64,000 bases of DNA, taken from contig NC_043010.1 of the NCBI RefSeq assembly GCF_006345805.1, forward strand, positions 43,896,001 through 43,960,000, read 5' to 3'. Numbering within the stretch: the first letter of the stretch is position 1; every line of letters begins with the position of its first letter. The notes under the pieces are model-generated. The model did no database searches and was not told the origin of the DNA. It worked only from the letters and a program-made list of their open reading frames with translations. Shown piece after piece: positions 1 through 11,529 of the stretch. The position numbers were made by a program, and so were the translations under genes. Origin of the DNA: Octopus sinensis. Its lineage: Eukaryota.

Positions 1-1310
1 TTATTCCTTTCGAATAATACCAGTGTTGTCTTCGGAAGTAAAAGAATTTGAATAACACTTGCGTTTAACTCCATTTATTTATTTATATTATACAAAATAT
101 TTCACATCAACCCGGAGTTTCTACCTTTACAAACAGGGTGTTATGTCCTTATTACTTTGTGATGTTTTGCTGCCCTAGTAACTGTTTAATTTTTTCTGTG
201 TTAGTTGTAAATAAGGAGAAAATACACACATCCATTTATATATATATACTAGCAAACACGCCGTTCTTTGGACAGTTTAAGTTGCCTTTGTGGTGTTTTT
301 TTCATCAAATAATTGAACTACCGAGAAGGTTTATATGTAGCATGGCAAGCTATGTTTCCGATTAACCTAGGAGAAGAAACCAAATTGAAGGCTGGTCATT
401 GTGGAGGTCATTGCACTTAAATAATAATAGAACATATAAGTTTGCAAGCAATGCAAAGTAGAGCTACTGAAGTATTTTGGGAGTAGATTATGGATAATGA
501 CTACAAAATATAGTTTGTTTTACCTGAAAGTGAATTTACTTGTCAGAAGCCTTCACATAAATGGTGTAAAGAAATTGAAGATTGATGTTGAAACTTCCCC
601 TCTGCGGGTTTATTTTATTCAACAGCAAAGGGAGCTATTTTTTCAGACAGAAGTATGATTGGTATGTTCAAAAATGGCAATATAATACCTACTTGAAAAA
701 GTAGCATTAAAGGAATGTATTTGCTATGTGCTTAGTGTATGACCATTCTGAAATTTACTTCAAGAAATGAAGACATGAAGAGTTTGACTTCAGATCACGA
801 ATACTGCTTTGAATCCTAGCTGTTTGCAGCGAAAAGATGTTGCATTTGAAATATCATAATGGATGGGTAAATAAGCATCCTTAAAGTGAAACAACACATT
901 GGCAGATAAATAAAGGTATCAACAAATAGAAGAGAGGGAAGGGAACATCACTGTTCAAGTAACTCAGAATAGGTAAAGCTAAGCTTGCCAAAGTTTAATG
1001 GTTTAAATATGGATATTAAGATTGCTTGGTATTGGATATTCACTGTGTACAGTTTTCCTAGTTAGTTTAATCATTGTCGCAGATGGACAGTCAAAATAAA
1101 TAAATAGACAAGACTTTTATAATATTCTCTAACCAAGTAATGAATACACAATTACAACATATAATTAAATAACAGGGGGACAGTCAAAATACATAAATAG
1201 ACAAAATCCTTTCACTTTTATAATATTTTCTAATCAAGTAATAATACACAATTACAACATATAAATAAAGCGAGAAAGTGTGAAAACCACTAAAAGATAT
1301 CTCTAATGCC

Positions 1311-1692
1311 AATCTATCTATCTATCCGCTCAGTCAAAGTCGACTCTCGGTTACTCGTTGGATCAGTGTCCTCCAGTCAGTTCTATCCTGGGCCGCTTCT
1401 TTCAGATTGGCTATGTCCATTCCGGTATCACTCTTGATGGTGTCAAGCCAGCGGGTTCTTGGTCGGCCTCTTCCTCTCTTGCCACTGACCATTCCGAGCA
1501 TGATGTCCTTCTCCAGGGATTTTCTCCGCATAATATGACCGAAATATGCCAATCCATGCTTGGTGATCCTAGCTTCTAGCGACATTTTTGGCCTGATCTG
1601 CTTAAGAACTTCTCCATTGGTGAGCCTCGCTATCCATGAAATCCGTAAAAGTCTTCTCCAACACCAAAGCTCAAATGCATTAATTCTCTTCT
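1311..1692 (-). mobile_element. 5'-truncated RTE/BovB-like LINE 3' end
   Basis: Uninterrupted frame 1690->1334: KRINAFELWCWRRLLRISW...YFGHIMRR..LEKDIMLGMVSGKRGRGRPRTRWLD...; followed by a short (ATAG)n tail. Confidence 0.9.
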
Positions 1693-2711
1693 ATACGACC
1701 ATATAGATTAAAAAGTATGAAAGACCCTACATACAAAAAAACTATATACATACAACGAATTAGAGAAAAACCTTTGTAAATCACCATTTTTCCCAGTTTT
1801 TCCATTTACATGGGAGCTCTGGACAAAATGTTATAGTGCATGACCATCCTTGGGACATAAGTAATTTGCGTGTGTAAAGTTTGGGGAAAATCGGCTGAGA
1901 ATTGTGGAAATGTATGTGTTAGTCAATACACACACACACACACATACTCTGATTTATATATACTAAATATATGTGTATGTGTATATGTGTGTGTTTCATA
2001 CATATGCATGTATATGTATGTATATTCTTTTATAAGTTTCAGCCCTAAGGCTGTGCCCATGTTGGAGCACCACCAGTATAATCACCTTTTCAATGACCAG
2101 TCGTATGTGATTGGTGAAGGAGGGAATTCAACACTGCCACCCTCTTTTGAGTTTCCTATCTTGATATAGGTTCATCAGGAACCTTGGATAGCAGGAAGTC
2201 AAGTTCTTCTTGAAAACAGCTACCCCTACACCATGAAGATCCCTCAGACATTTTGACAAGGTATTAAATAGCTGTGGACCATTGAATCCCAAGCTAGGAA
2301 CAGACATGCAATTCAGGAGCTGGAATATCTTTCAGTGTCAGAGTCTGGTGCCAGGTCCTCCAGGATTTTCCATACATATATATCACTTCATACCTCTCCT
2401 GTTTTCCCTCCAGGGAGTAAAATCATAGCTCTTTAAGTCTCTCCTAGTAGCTCAGTGTTCCAGTGATGCCAATCTTCCTGGCATAGTACTATTGAACTGC
2501 TTCAAGCTCTGCTATTAATTTGACACTGTTGAATAACCACAACTGAGAGCAGTAGTCCTAACAGCTGAGTATGAATCTCCTCTAAAGAACCAGCATAGTT
2601 TCCTTGTCCATTGTTGTGGAGGTTCTCAGAATCCATCTGGCCATATGTGTCTGTATATGTGTATATCTATCTTTATCTGTCTGTCTGTCTGTCTATCTAT
2701 CTATACCACCC

Positions 2712-2762
<51 letters not shown>

Positions 2763-2765
<3 letters not shown>

Positions 2766-5590
2766 TCATCCTTGTTTAACATCCGTTTTCCATGCTGGCA
2801 TGGGTTAGATGGTTTGACTGAGATTTGGAGAGCCAGTGGCTGCACCAAGCTCCAATCTGATCTGGCAGTGTTTCTATAGCTGGATGCCCTTCCTAACACC
2901 AACCACTCTGAGAGTGTAGTGGGTAATTTTTACGTGCCACCAGCACAGGAGTCAGTGGGTACTGGTATCAGCCACATTCAGATAGTGCTTTTTGTGTGCC
3001 CCTGATAGTCCTGGCATCAATCACATTCAGATAGTGCTTTTTACATGCCACCACCATGGGAGCTAGTCAGGAGGTACTGGCATTGGCCACGTTCGGATGG
3101 TGCTTTTTATGTGCCACCAGCACAGGAACTAGTCAGGGGACACTGGTCTTGATCACATTTGGATGATGCATTTTATGTGCTACAGGAACGAGAGCCAGTC
3201 AAGGGGCACTGGCCATAGCTGCAATTTTGGTTTTACTTGACTCAACAGGTCTTCTCAAGCATATCATACTGCCAAATACATCAAGGGTACTCTTAAATGG
3301 GCCAGACATGCAACACTGGCATCGACCATGGTGGCAATCTCACTCTAGTTGCCAGGTCTTCTCAATCACAGCATATCTCCAAAGGTCTTGGTCTCCTGTC
3401 ATTGCCTCTGTGAGGCCCAATGTTCGAAGGTGATGCTTTACCATCTGATCCCATGTCTTCCTGGGTCTACCTCTTCCACAGGTTCCTTCCACAGTTAGGG
3501 AGTGGCACTTCCTCACACAGCTGTCCTCATCCATATGTAACACATGACCATACCAGTGCAGTTGTCTCTCTTGCACACCACATTTGATACTTCTTATGTC
3601 CAACTTTTCTCTCAGGGCACTTATTCTCTGTCATGTATGCACACTGACATTACACATCCAGCAGATCATACTAGCTTCATTTCTTTCAAGCCCTACACAT
3701 GTCCTCAGTAGTCATGGCCCATGTTTCACTGCCGTGTAGCATGTCAGTTTGCACACATGCATCATACAGTCTACCTTTCATCCTGTGCGAGAGGCCCTTA
3801 GTTGTCAGCAGAGTTAGGGGCTCCCTGAACTTTGCCCAAGCTATTCTCAGAGCACCCCCCCCACCTACAGACTTCGTCACCTAGGTAGCGGAAGCTATTA
3901 ACGACTTTTAGTTTTTCCCCCTGGCATGTGATGGAATCTGTTTTCTGCATATCTTCAGTGTTTATTGCCCCTATGCATCTGCCACACACAAAAACTATCT
4001 TCCTAGTTAACCCTCCTTTGATATTGCTGCACCGTTTATGTCTCCATAGCTTACACCGGGCACATCATATGGAGTTTCCACCCACGCCTTTTCTACAGAT
4101 CTGACAGGGCCATCTACCTGAAGGGGTTTGTGATTTGTCAGCCTTCCTACTTACTAAGACTTTGGATTTTTACTAGGTTAACCCTAAGGCCCTTCTAGAA
4201 CTTGCTTCCACACCTTAAACTTCATCTCTAGTTCTGGTAGTGACTTGGCTATTAGAGCAAGGTCATCAGCATAGAGGAACTTCCAGGAGCATCCTGTCTT
4301 GAATTCCTCTGATATTGCCTGGGGGACTATAATGAATAAGAGGGGGACTGATCCTTGGTGAACCCCTACTTCTACCCGGAATTCTTCACTATACTCATTG
4401 CCAACCCTCACCTTACTGATAGTATCCCCGTACAGGGTTTGTATAGCTCTTACCAACCATTCGTCTATCCCCAATTTCCGCATTGACCACCAGATAAGGG
4501 ATCAGGTGACTCTGTCAAAGGCTTTCTCCAAGTCAATAAAAGCCAAGTACAGAAGTTTATCTTTGGCTAGATATTTCTCCTGCAGTTGCCATACCAGAAA
4601 TATAGCATCAGTGGTGCTTCTGCCTAGCACAAAACCAAACTGCAGCTCATTTAAGCTATCTCTCTCCCTAATTAGTTGGGCTATGACCCTCTCCGTAACT
4701 TTCATCACCTGATCCAATAATTTGATACCAATTGTAGTTATTTCTATCTAAAGCATTACTTTACCTTTGTAGCAGTTGACTATGGTGCTGCTACACCAGT
4801 CATTGGGTATGACTCCTTCACGAACTACCTGATTTATGAGGCAGGTGACAAGACCGTAACCCACATCACCTGATATTTTAAGCATCTCAACAGTGATACC
4901 TGATAGGCCAGGTGCTTTCCTTGTCTTCATATCCTTAATTGCTTTATCTACCAGGGTACTGTCGATTCGGGTAGCTGGTCCCTCAATTGAGTCACTGTTT
5001 GGCAGACTCTCCTCCTCCTGTTCATTCTCCACATTCAGCAGTCTTTCTTTGCAGAACCATTAAACGCAAGGGCACCATCATCCATGTAGACACATTTCTT
5101 TCCTATGACATCATGGTTCTCTCTCACACTCTGTCTTGCAATCTGAAATATTTCAGTTCTTTGATCCTCACATCGCTGAACATTGGCAAACTTATTTCCT
5201 GCTACTCCCTTGGCTGTACGCACCTGTCTCCTAGCTTCCCTTTTGGCTATCTGATACAGTCTCCTGCTACACTCACACCTCCAGGCCTGTTTCTTTGTTC
5301 AAATGGCCCTGTATTGTTCCACCACCATATTACCCTAGGTCTGGAAGGGACTTTACACCAACCACAGATTTGGTTTGTGGCACTCAGCAAGCTGTTTCAC
5401 AGGAATTCCCAGCTGCCTTCTATGTCACAGGACGGTAGCTCCTCCTCCCTATCGTCAAATTTCTCGGTAAAGGTATCCCTAAATCTCTGACCATGTTAAG
5501 GGTTCTTAAACTTCCAAGTCCTTCTTTTCCAGATTGGTCTGCTTTTTGGTTTCCTTCTGTCCTTGAGTCTAAAGTCACTAATAACTACTC
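2763..5590 (-). mobile_element. Decayed RTE-clade LINE (RT domain, C-terminus and 3' UTR with ~60-bp tandem repeats at ~2920-3230)
   Basis: ORF fragments 4184-5223 contain FIDLEKAFDRV, GVHQGS and LYADD; C-terminal WYGHV..GRGRPRKTW at 3340-3603; multiple frameshifts. Confidence 0.92.
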
Positions 5591-5714
5591 TTGCTGGGGT
5601 GGTAGGTGGGGTGCACCACAGAACCACACACTCGTGACTGTGCCTGGAACAGCGTTATATTCTTAATCTACAAACAACTATCCCCTTCGGACTAAATACA
5701 ACCCCCTCCTCCTA

Positions 5715-6506
5715 ATGACTGTCTCTACAACATCCTGCAACATAGCAACACATACATGCACAACTACATGCATACATGCATGCACACACATACATACACA
5801 CAGGAATGCACACATACCTAACCCACACAACCCCACGCACACACAGACATGCACACATAAACACACACATGTACACAACCACATATACATACACATACAC
5901 GCAACAAAATGCACACATAACTCAACACATCTCATTCACACAGACATATACACACGCACGCTCATACATACACATACACACACATATATACACGTACACA
6001 CACTCACACATGTATGCACACATACCTCCCACACACTCATACAGACGCACACAATTACACACACATGGGCATAAACACATGCATGTACACACATAAGCAC
6101 GCGCACACATGCACACACAGGAATGCACATATACCCCCACACAACCCCACACACACAAACTCACATATATACACAAACGCACACAATATATACGTACACG
6201 CACACACATGCACACATACATGCGCACACACACACAATTGCACACATACCTATCACTCACAACCCCACGTATACACACCTGCATACGCACACATATATAT
6301 GCACACGCACAGATACATGCACACGCACAGATACATGCACACACAACTACATACATGCATATGCAAATGAACCCACACATACCTCCCATACATACGCAAC
6401 ACATACATACATGGACACACACACGCACATACAAGCACACACACAGTAATGTACATTTACTCCACAAACACAATCCCACACACAGCCTCACGCATACGCA
6501 CATACC

Positions 6507-6538
<32 letters not shown>

Positions 6539-6545
6539 TACCTCC
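5715..6545. repeat. Cryptic (CA/TA)-rich compound microsatellite with internal duplicated blocks
   Basis: Degenerate CACA/CATA runs; the block cacacaggaatgcaca..acccacacaacccca recurs at ~5797 and ~6115. Source of the H/T and V/C-rich pseudo-ORFs. Confidence 0.85.
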
Positions 6546-6880
6546 TTCTCTTGCACTCACCTGCCTTAGAAAGAACTTTTTCCTCACCCATTCCCTTCTG
6601 GTCATTTCAATATGTGACGCGTGTGAATCGTTGGTGATTTTCTTTCTCTGTCTTCCCTTTGAACTTTTTCTATATTTCTGATGAAGAGCTCTGCTCAAAA
6701 CGTGAAATCCTCTTTCTTTTCTTTCCTTTCCTGGGCATCCAATAACACTGTACATGTACCAATCCTCACGTTTTTTCTTGCTTGTTCTTGTTTGGATTGA
6801 CGAATGTTTTGTTGTCCCTTTTTGTATCACCTAGATGTCCGGATGTTTTGCGTTCTTGTTCCATTTTGTATTGATATATA
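6545..6880 (+). mobile_element. Short Penelope-like terminal-repeat-type element with a degenerate minimal hammerhead motif (6674-6708)
   Basis: ATTT-CTGATGA-A-GAGC TCT GCTC-AAAA-CGT-G-AAAT; same family as 39440-39640. Confidence 0.55.
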
Positions 6881-7090
6881 TATATATATTATAAATTTAA
6901 AATGATGGTGAAATTAGATATTAATTTAATTAACATCAACTTCACACCAGTGGTCTAGCATATAAAAAAACTGATGGTTCAGTAAAATTGTATTATATAC
7001 AATATATAATTGTATTAATATATAATTAATATATATTAATAATATATAATACTATATATTAATATATAATATATAATTGTATTATATATA

Positions 7091-7236
7091 TATTAGAGGG
7101 AAACCACTATGTGGACACCTTTATGCTAGAAATAGATCTGCTATGGTCTTACCATTTGAGAACATTTCTTAGTGGTAATACCATAGCGGATCTATTTCTA
7201 GCATAAGGGTGTCCACAAAGTGGTTTCCCTCTAATA
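7091..7236. mobile_element. Fold-back element (64-bp inverted arms, 18-nt spacer), MITE-like, embedded in TA repeats
   Basis: 7091-7154 is the reverse complement of 7173-7236 with 4 differences. Confidence 0.7.
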
Positions 7237-7377
7237 TGTATATATACACACACACACACACACACACATATATGCACACATATTTATATATGTGTGTGTG
7301 TGTATATACATGAATATGTGTATATATCTATATATGTGTGTGTATGTATATATGTATGTGTGTGTATGTATGTATGT

Positions 7378-7420
<43 letters not shown>

Positions 7421-7522
7421 ATGTATGTATGTATATATATATATATATATGAATGTGTGTGTATGTATATGTGTGTGTATGTATATATGTGTGTGTATAG
7501 AGAGAGATAGAGAGGAGCGTGA

Positions 7523-7766
7523 GGAGACACCCCTTCAGTCATGAATGACCATGGGATTGCACCTAGAAAGTTACCCTCTGAGGCACAAGTATGGGCAAGG
7601 TTGTTTGTGGAAGGCTCACAACTCATTTCTACAGCTGAGTTAACTGGAGCAATGTGAAATAAAGTGTCTTGCTCAAGAACACAACATGCAGCCCAATCCG
7701 AGAATAGAACTCATGACCTCACGGTCGTAAGCTCAATGTTCTAACCACTGAGCGATGCACCTTCAC
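7523..7766 (-). mobile_element. tRNA-derived SINE (same family as 31709-32030)
   Basis: Minus strand starts GTGAAGGTGCATCGCTCAGTGGTTAGA (A box) ... GAGTTCTATTC (B box), then TTGAGCAAGACACTTTATTTCACATTGCTCCAG, shared with the 31.7 kb copy. Confidence 0.75.
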
Positions 7767-7775
7767 ATATATACT

Positions 7776-7823
<48 letters not shown>

Positions 7824-8252
7824 TGTGTATGCGTGTATGTATATATATATATATGAATATGTGTGCGTGTATATATATATATGAATATGTGTGCATGTGT
7901 ATATATATGTATGAATATGTGTGCATGTATATATATATGAATATGTGTGTGTGTGTATATATATCTGTTCGTTGCTATTTCTGCTTATCCTTGGATCTAT
8001 GCCTATTCATGTCTATCTGTTTATCTTTCTATAAAACTCTGTTTATTTTAGAATTTTCCTATAACTTTTACTCATTTATACTGTTTTTGTATATTTTTTC
8101 GTTTTTTCATATCTTTCTTTACCTTTCTACTTCTTTTAATTCTAATGATCTTTATGATTACTTCTAATTATCAAAAGTACCCAATGTCTACACTGTTCAC
8201 CTCTTTTAGCCTGTTTTCTTACTTCTTTTCATTGATTTTGTTCTTCTGGCAG

Positions 8253-8327
8253 AACATTCCTAGAGAGATGGTGTCAGACAATGTGGTGCTTTGGACTGAC
8301 GCAAGTCATGTGGAGTATCTTCCTGTG
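8253..8327 (+). CDS. orb2: CPEB exon (75 nt, phase 0-0): NIPREMVSDNVVLWTDASHVEYLPV
   Basis: Long polypyrimidine tract ending ttcttctggcAG (8251-52), strong donor GTAAGT at 8328. In frame with the next exon. DNV..TD....LP spacing resembles the CPEB2/3 segment that precedes the DR exon (EDNVFRTD...LLPLQ|DRS, recalled). Confidence 0.75.
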
Positions 8328-9469
8328 GTAAGTAAATTTAGTGCACAGTGGAAAAAGATAAATATTTATTAGCTAAGAGTATGTAACTTTTACTAAAAAG
8401 TAGCAATTATTAAAGTCTACATCATTTAGAAAATTTTTTAAAATTTCAACTTTAATATATTTTTATCAAAATGTGGTTTACAGGAATTTTTTATTATTGA
8501 AGATTTTAACTGCACAATTCTATCAGAAGACTAATTTTATTTCACCTCATGATTGCATTTTTTAATACACTGTGAGATAGTTTTTCAAACATCTTTCTCC
8601 TGTCTGTCTCTCTCTCTCTCCTTTATCTATTGCTTCTATTCCAATTAGTTTTTCTCTTTCTCTATCCTTATAACATTTTCTCTCTCACTCTTATCTCATT
8701 ACTTTAATTTTTCAACATCCTTTTCTCTTGTTATTTCACTTAATACTCTCTTGTGCCTCTCATTTAATTGTTTTTCATTAACAATTTTTAATTCTTTGAG
8801 ACACTGAAAATATTCATGAGAATTTTTTACAGTATGTCTCTTATATCAAAATTACACAGAAAATTTTCATTCTGTTTCTTTCTGTTATGCACAAATTTAA
8901 CATATTGATGACAATACAGGTAACCAATGTACCACTCTACAAGGTTCAGACTAGAATGATGACAATGGTGGGTAAACAGGGTAATCATAGAACTCAATTC
9001 TCCTTTTCAGTTGAGTTCCATATGTTAGTTGCACTTGAGAGTCTTTCTGGAATAACTGATACTTCTGCCTTGAAGTGTGTGAACTGAAACAAGTGATTAT
9101 CTAGGGCAAGAAACTGATATGTTACATTTACAGTAAAACTGACCACCTCGGAGCTTTCAGCTTCACAGTGGAGCAGAGGAGAGCCATTCTTCACTACTGC
9201 TGTTGAATATCCAACTGCTGCAATCACAACAGCAGTGGCAGTCACGCTTACAGTTACAAAAACAACTTCTACTGCAGATAAACACAATAGAGCTCATAAT
9301 GAAGTCTCCCATTCAGCAAGAAAATGCAGTCATAGCATCAATGGCATTGGTTGCTTGAATGAGAGCGAGAGAGATACCAAAAAAAATGGCAGAGATCAAT
9401 CTACAAAGAAGAGAGGTGAGGCAGGCAGGTGAGAATAAGTAATCTGACTCTACAAACTCAAAGACACCA

Positions 9470-10330
9470 AGCCATCACCAAGACCAATGAATTCCAAAAG
9501 GAGCATGGGCAAATATACAAACTAGCCACAGAAACCATGACAAAAAGAGCCACAACAACAGCAGAAAAGGAACTACACGCACAACAAGAGACGTGACAAG
9601 CAGCAGAATTAAAACTAGCAACTTTGCACTGACAAACTCCTCACTACACCATTCTCTAAAAGGCCTACAAGAAGTTGAAATTTGTATATACAAACAAGGA
9701 CAAAATACTTACTACAGCTGAAGGCATTGATGCATTTCCCACCCTAAATACACAAAAAGTCACTTCTGGTAAGGAGCATATTAGTAGTGTCCCATCCCAT
9801 GGGAAAACTCTTACTAGGTGATATGAGAGCTTCTCAGTATCTTAGTCAAGAGGGTGTGGGGAGGCCCATCTCGAAAAAGAAATTACCTTTAGACCTAAGT
9901 GACTCTTTCAATTTTTTTGGCGGGGTGAGGGTGGGTGTCTTCTCTTAACACTAAAATGGACTGTATAAATTCCTGTGGCTTAGGGTTGGTGTATAAACAG
10001 AAACTCCAGCTCAATAATTTCAGTCATTGTATCTAGATGTGGTAGCCATCAGCAAGACCAGAGTATCTGGTATGCACTTGCTTACCCTGATTGACTTCAG
10101 GTGTACAGCTTATGCCTCTTTCTGTTTAACCCAAGTTAACAGGAGTTGGTTATAGAGATGACAAATTTGTGATATGACTAGTCAACTTAGAGCAAGCCAA
10201 TAAACAGAGAATCAGTTACTGGATGCTGAAAATGTCTTGTTTGTCCTCCACTACCTATCCCTGCAGCTCAAAAAGAACCATGCAGAGTTTAGTGGTATTA
10301 AAAGGAACTAAGTGGAGAAGTGGAAAACTG
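9470..10330 (+). mobile_element. Heavily decayed LINE 5' region/AP-endonuclease remnant
   Basis: LDVVAISKTRVSG at ~10033 resembles the APE 'DVVAIQETR' motif; surrounding frames are broken. Confidence 0.35.
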
Positions 10331-10786
10331 CTACTTAGTCACTGTGTTTATTCTGAAGAAATGACAGGACAAAAAGATGCATCTATCAGCAATGGTGCAA
10401 TAAACCTATGATCAAAGGTGTTCAGTTGCTTTCGTCTTTTTTTTAAAGCATAAAGTACCCAAGACTACATTATGTCTCATTTCTCAATATGGGTTAGTGT
10501 TGTTTGAAGGAAATTTAGCTATTATTTCTAGTAGGTCAAGCTTCTAAGTTGAGGCTGTCTTGCTGGCTCATATTTTACTTTAATGATAGAAATGTTTGAT
10601 AGGTTTGGGCTGTAGATCATCCCAAATGGAAAGATTTGATACTGTCATCATATTGTAGCTTGGTTAAGAAATGATGATCCTTGAAAGTTTGTTTGAATGT
10701 ATTCTGCTATTTAAATGAAGACTATATTTGTGAATCCCAGTACACATGTCACAGAGAAGCTACATTTCAATAAACTTTACTTTCAG

Positions 10787-10886
10787 GACCGAGGAAATAA
10801 TTTTGACAGCATGCGCTTCACAGGTTTAGAGAGCCGGCTGTTGGATTTAATGAGGAGTAACACTGAGTCTCATGAGCACTACAAAG
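10787..10886 (+). CDS. orb2: CPEB exon (100 nt, phase 0-1): DRGNNFDSMRFTGLESRLLDLMRSNTESHEHYK-G
   Basis: tttcAG acceptor, GTGAGT donor at 10887. Homologous to the vertebrate DRSRMYDS...SLENSLIDIMR...KG exon. Confidence 0.93.
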
Positions 10887-11529
10887 GTGAGTCTATTATG
10901 TCTGTCCTGTTTCTCCTTTAAGTATCATTATACACCGTATTACCATTTTTAGAAATTTCTAAGCAGTTTTGCCAAATTTCTCACAGCACAGCATGTTATT
11001 TACTCTAGAATTTAAGAGCTAAAGTGAACAGTAGTATATTATTTATATGGGCGGTAATTGTATTAGTGATGTTGGTGATATTGGTTTGAGGCTATATATT
11101 GTTGTTGTTGTTGTGTACCTTGGTTAGTCCTAATCAAACAGTACTAATAGCATGCAGAAAGTCATCCAAATGACAAGATACATCTCAAACATCTATCTTC
11201 CCAGTTAGATTGTATATCTGTCAGTTGAGGAATGTACTGCACATTGTAACATTCAGTGATGAATTGCATGGGGTGCAGCACGATATCTTGTACTTATTAC
11301 ACTCTTCCCACTATACCCCATGATTCTGCTACTGGCTAAAGTAGAGGCAGGCAAAGTGAAATCAGAGTATGGTAGTTACTGTTCCTCTGCATTTATGGTT
11401 GTTGATGGCATTCCAGAAGTGTTTGGGGCTAGTGAGGCTATTTGTATTGCTCTTATTTCTTTGTGTGTGTGTATTCTTTATGCTTGTCAACACAGAATAG
11501 GAGAGATATGTTTATAAATTATTGTAGTA

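Noticed and set aside
700-870. Possible short alternative first exon (Orb2A-like) ending at GG|GTAAAT
   Set aside because: Neither ATG gives phase 0 to join the 8253 exon; no promoter evidence.
5678-6830. Long ORFs of up to 302 aa on both strands
   Set aside because: Translations of CA/TG microsatellite (HT/VC/YI repeats). The same applies to ORFs at 7.2-8.2, 20.6-21, 45-47, 54.5-59.3 and 61-62 kb.
8994-9287. Minus-strand ORF with faint cadherin- or Ig-like words (NGSPLL, TVNV, QFT..KAEVS)
   Set aside because: Lacks the DxNDNxPxF and DRE motifs, has no clear splice context, and sits beside decayed LINE sequence; probably chance.
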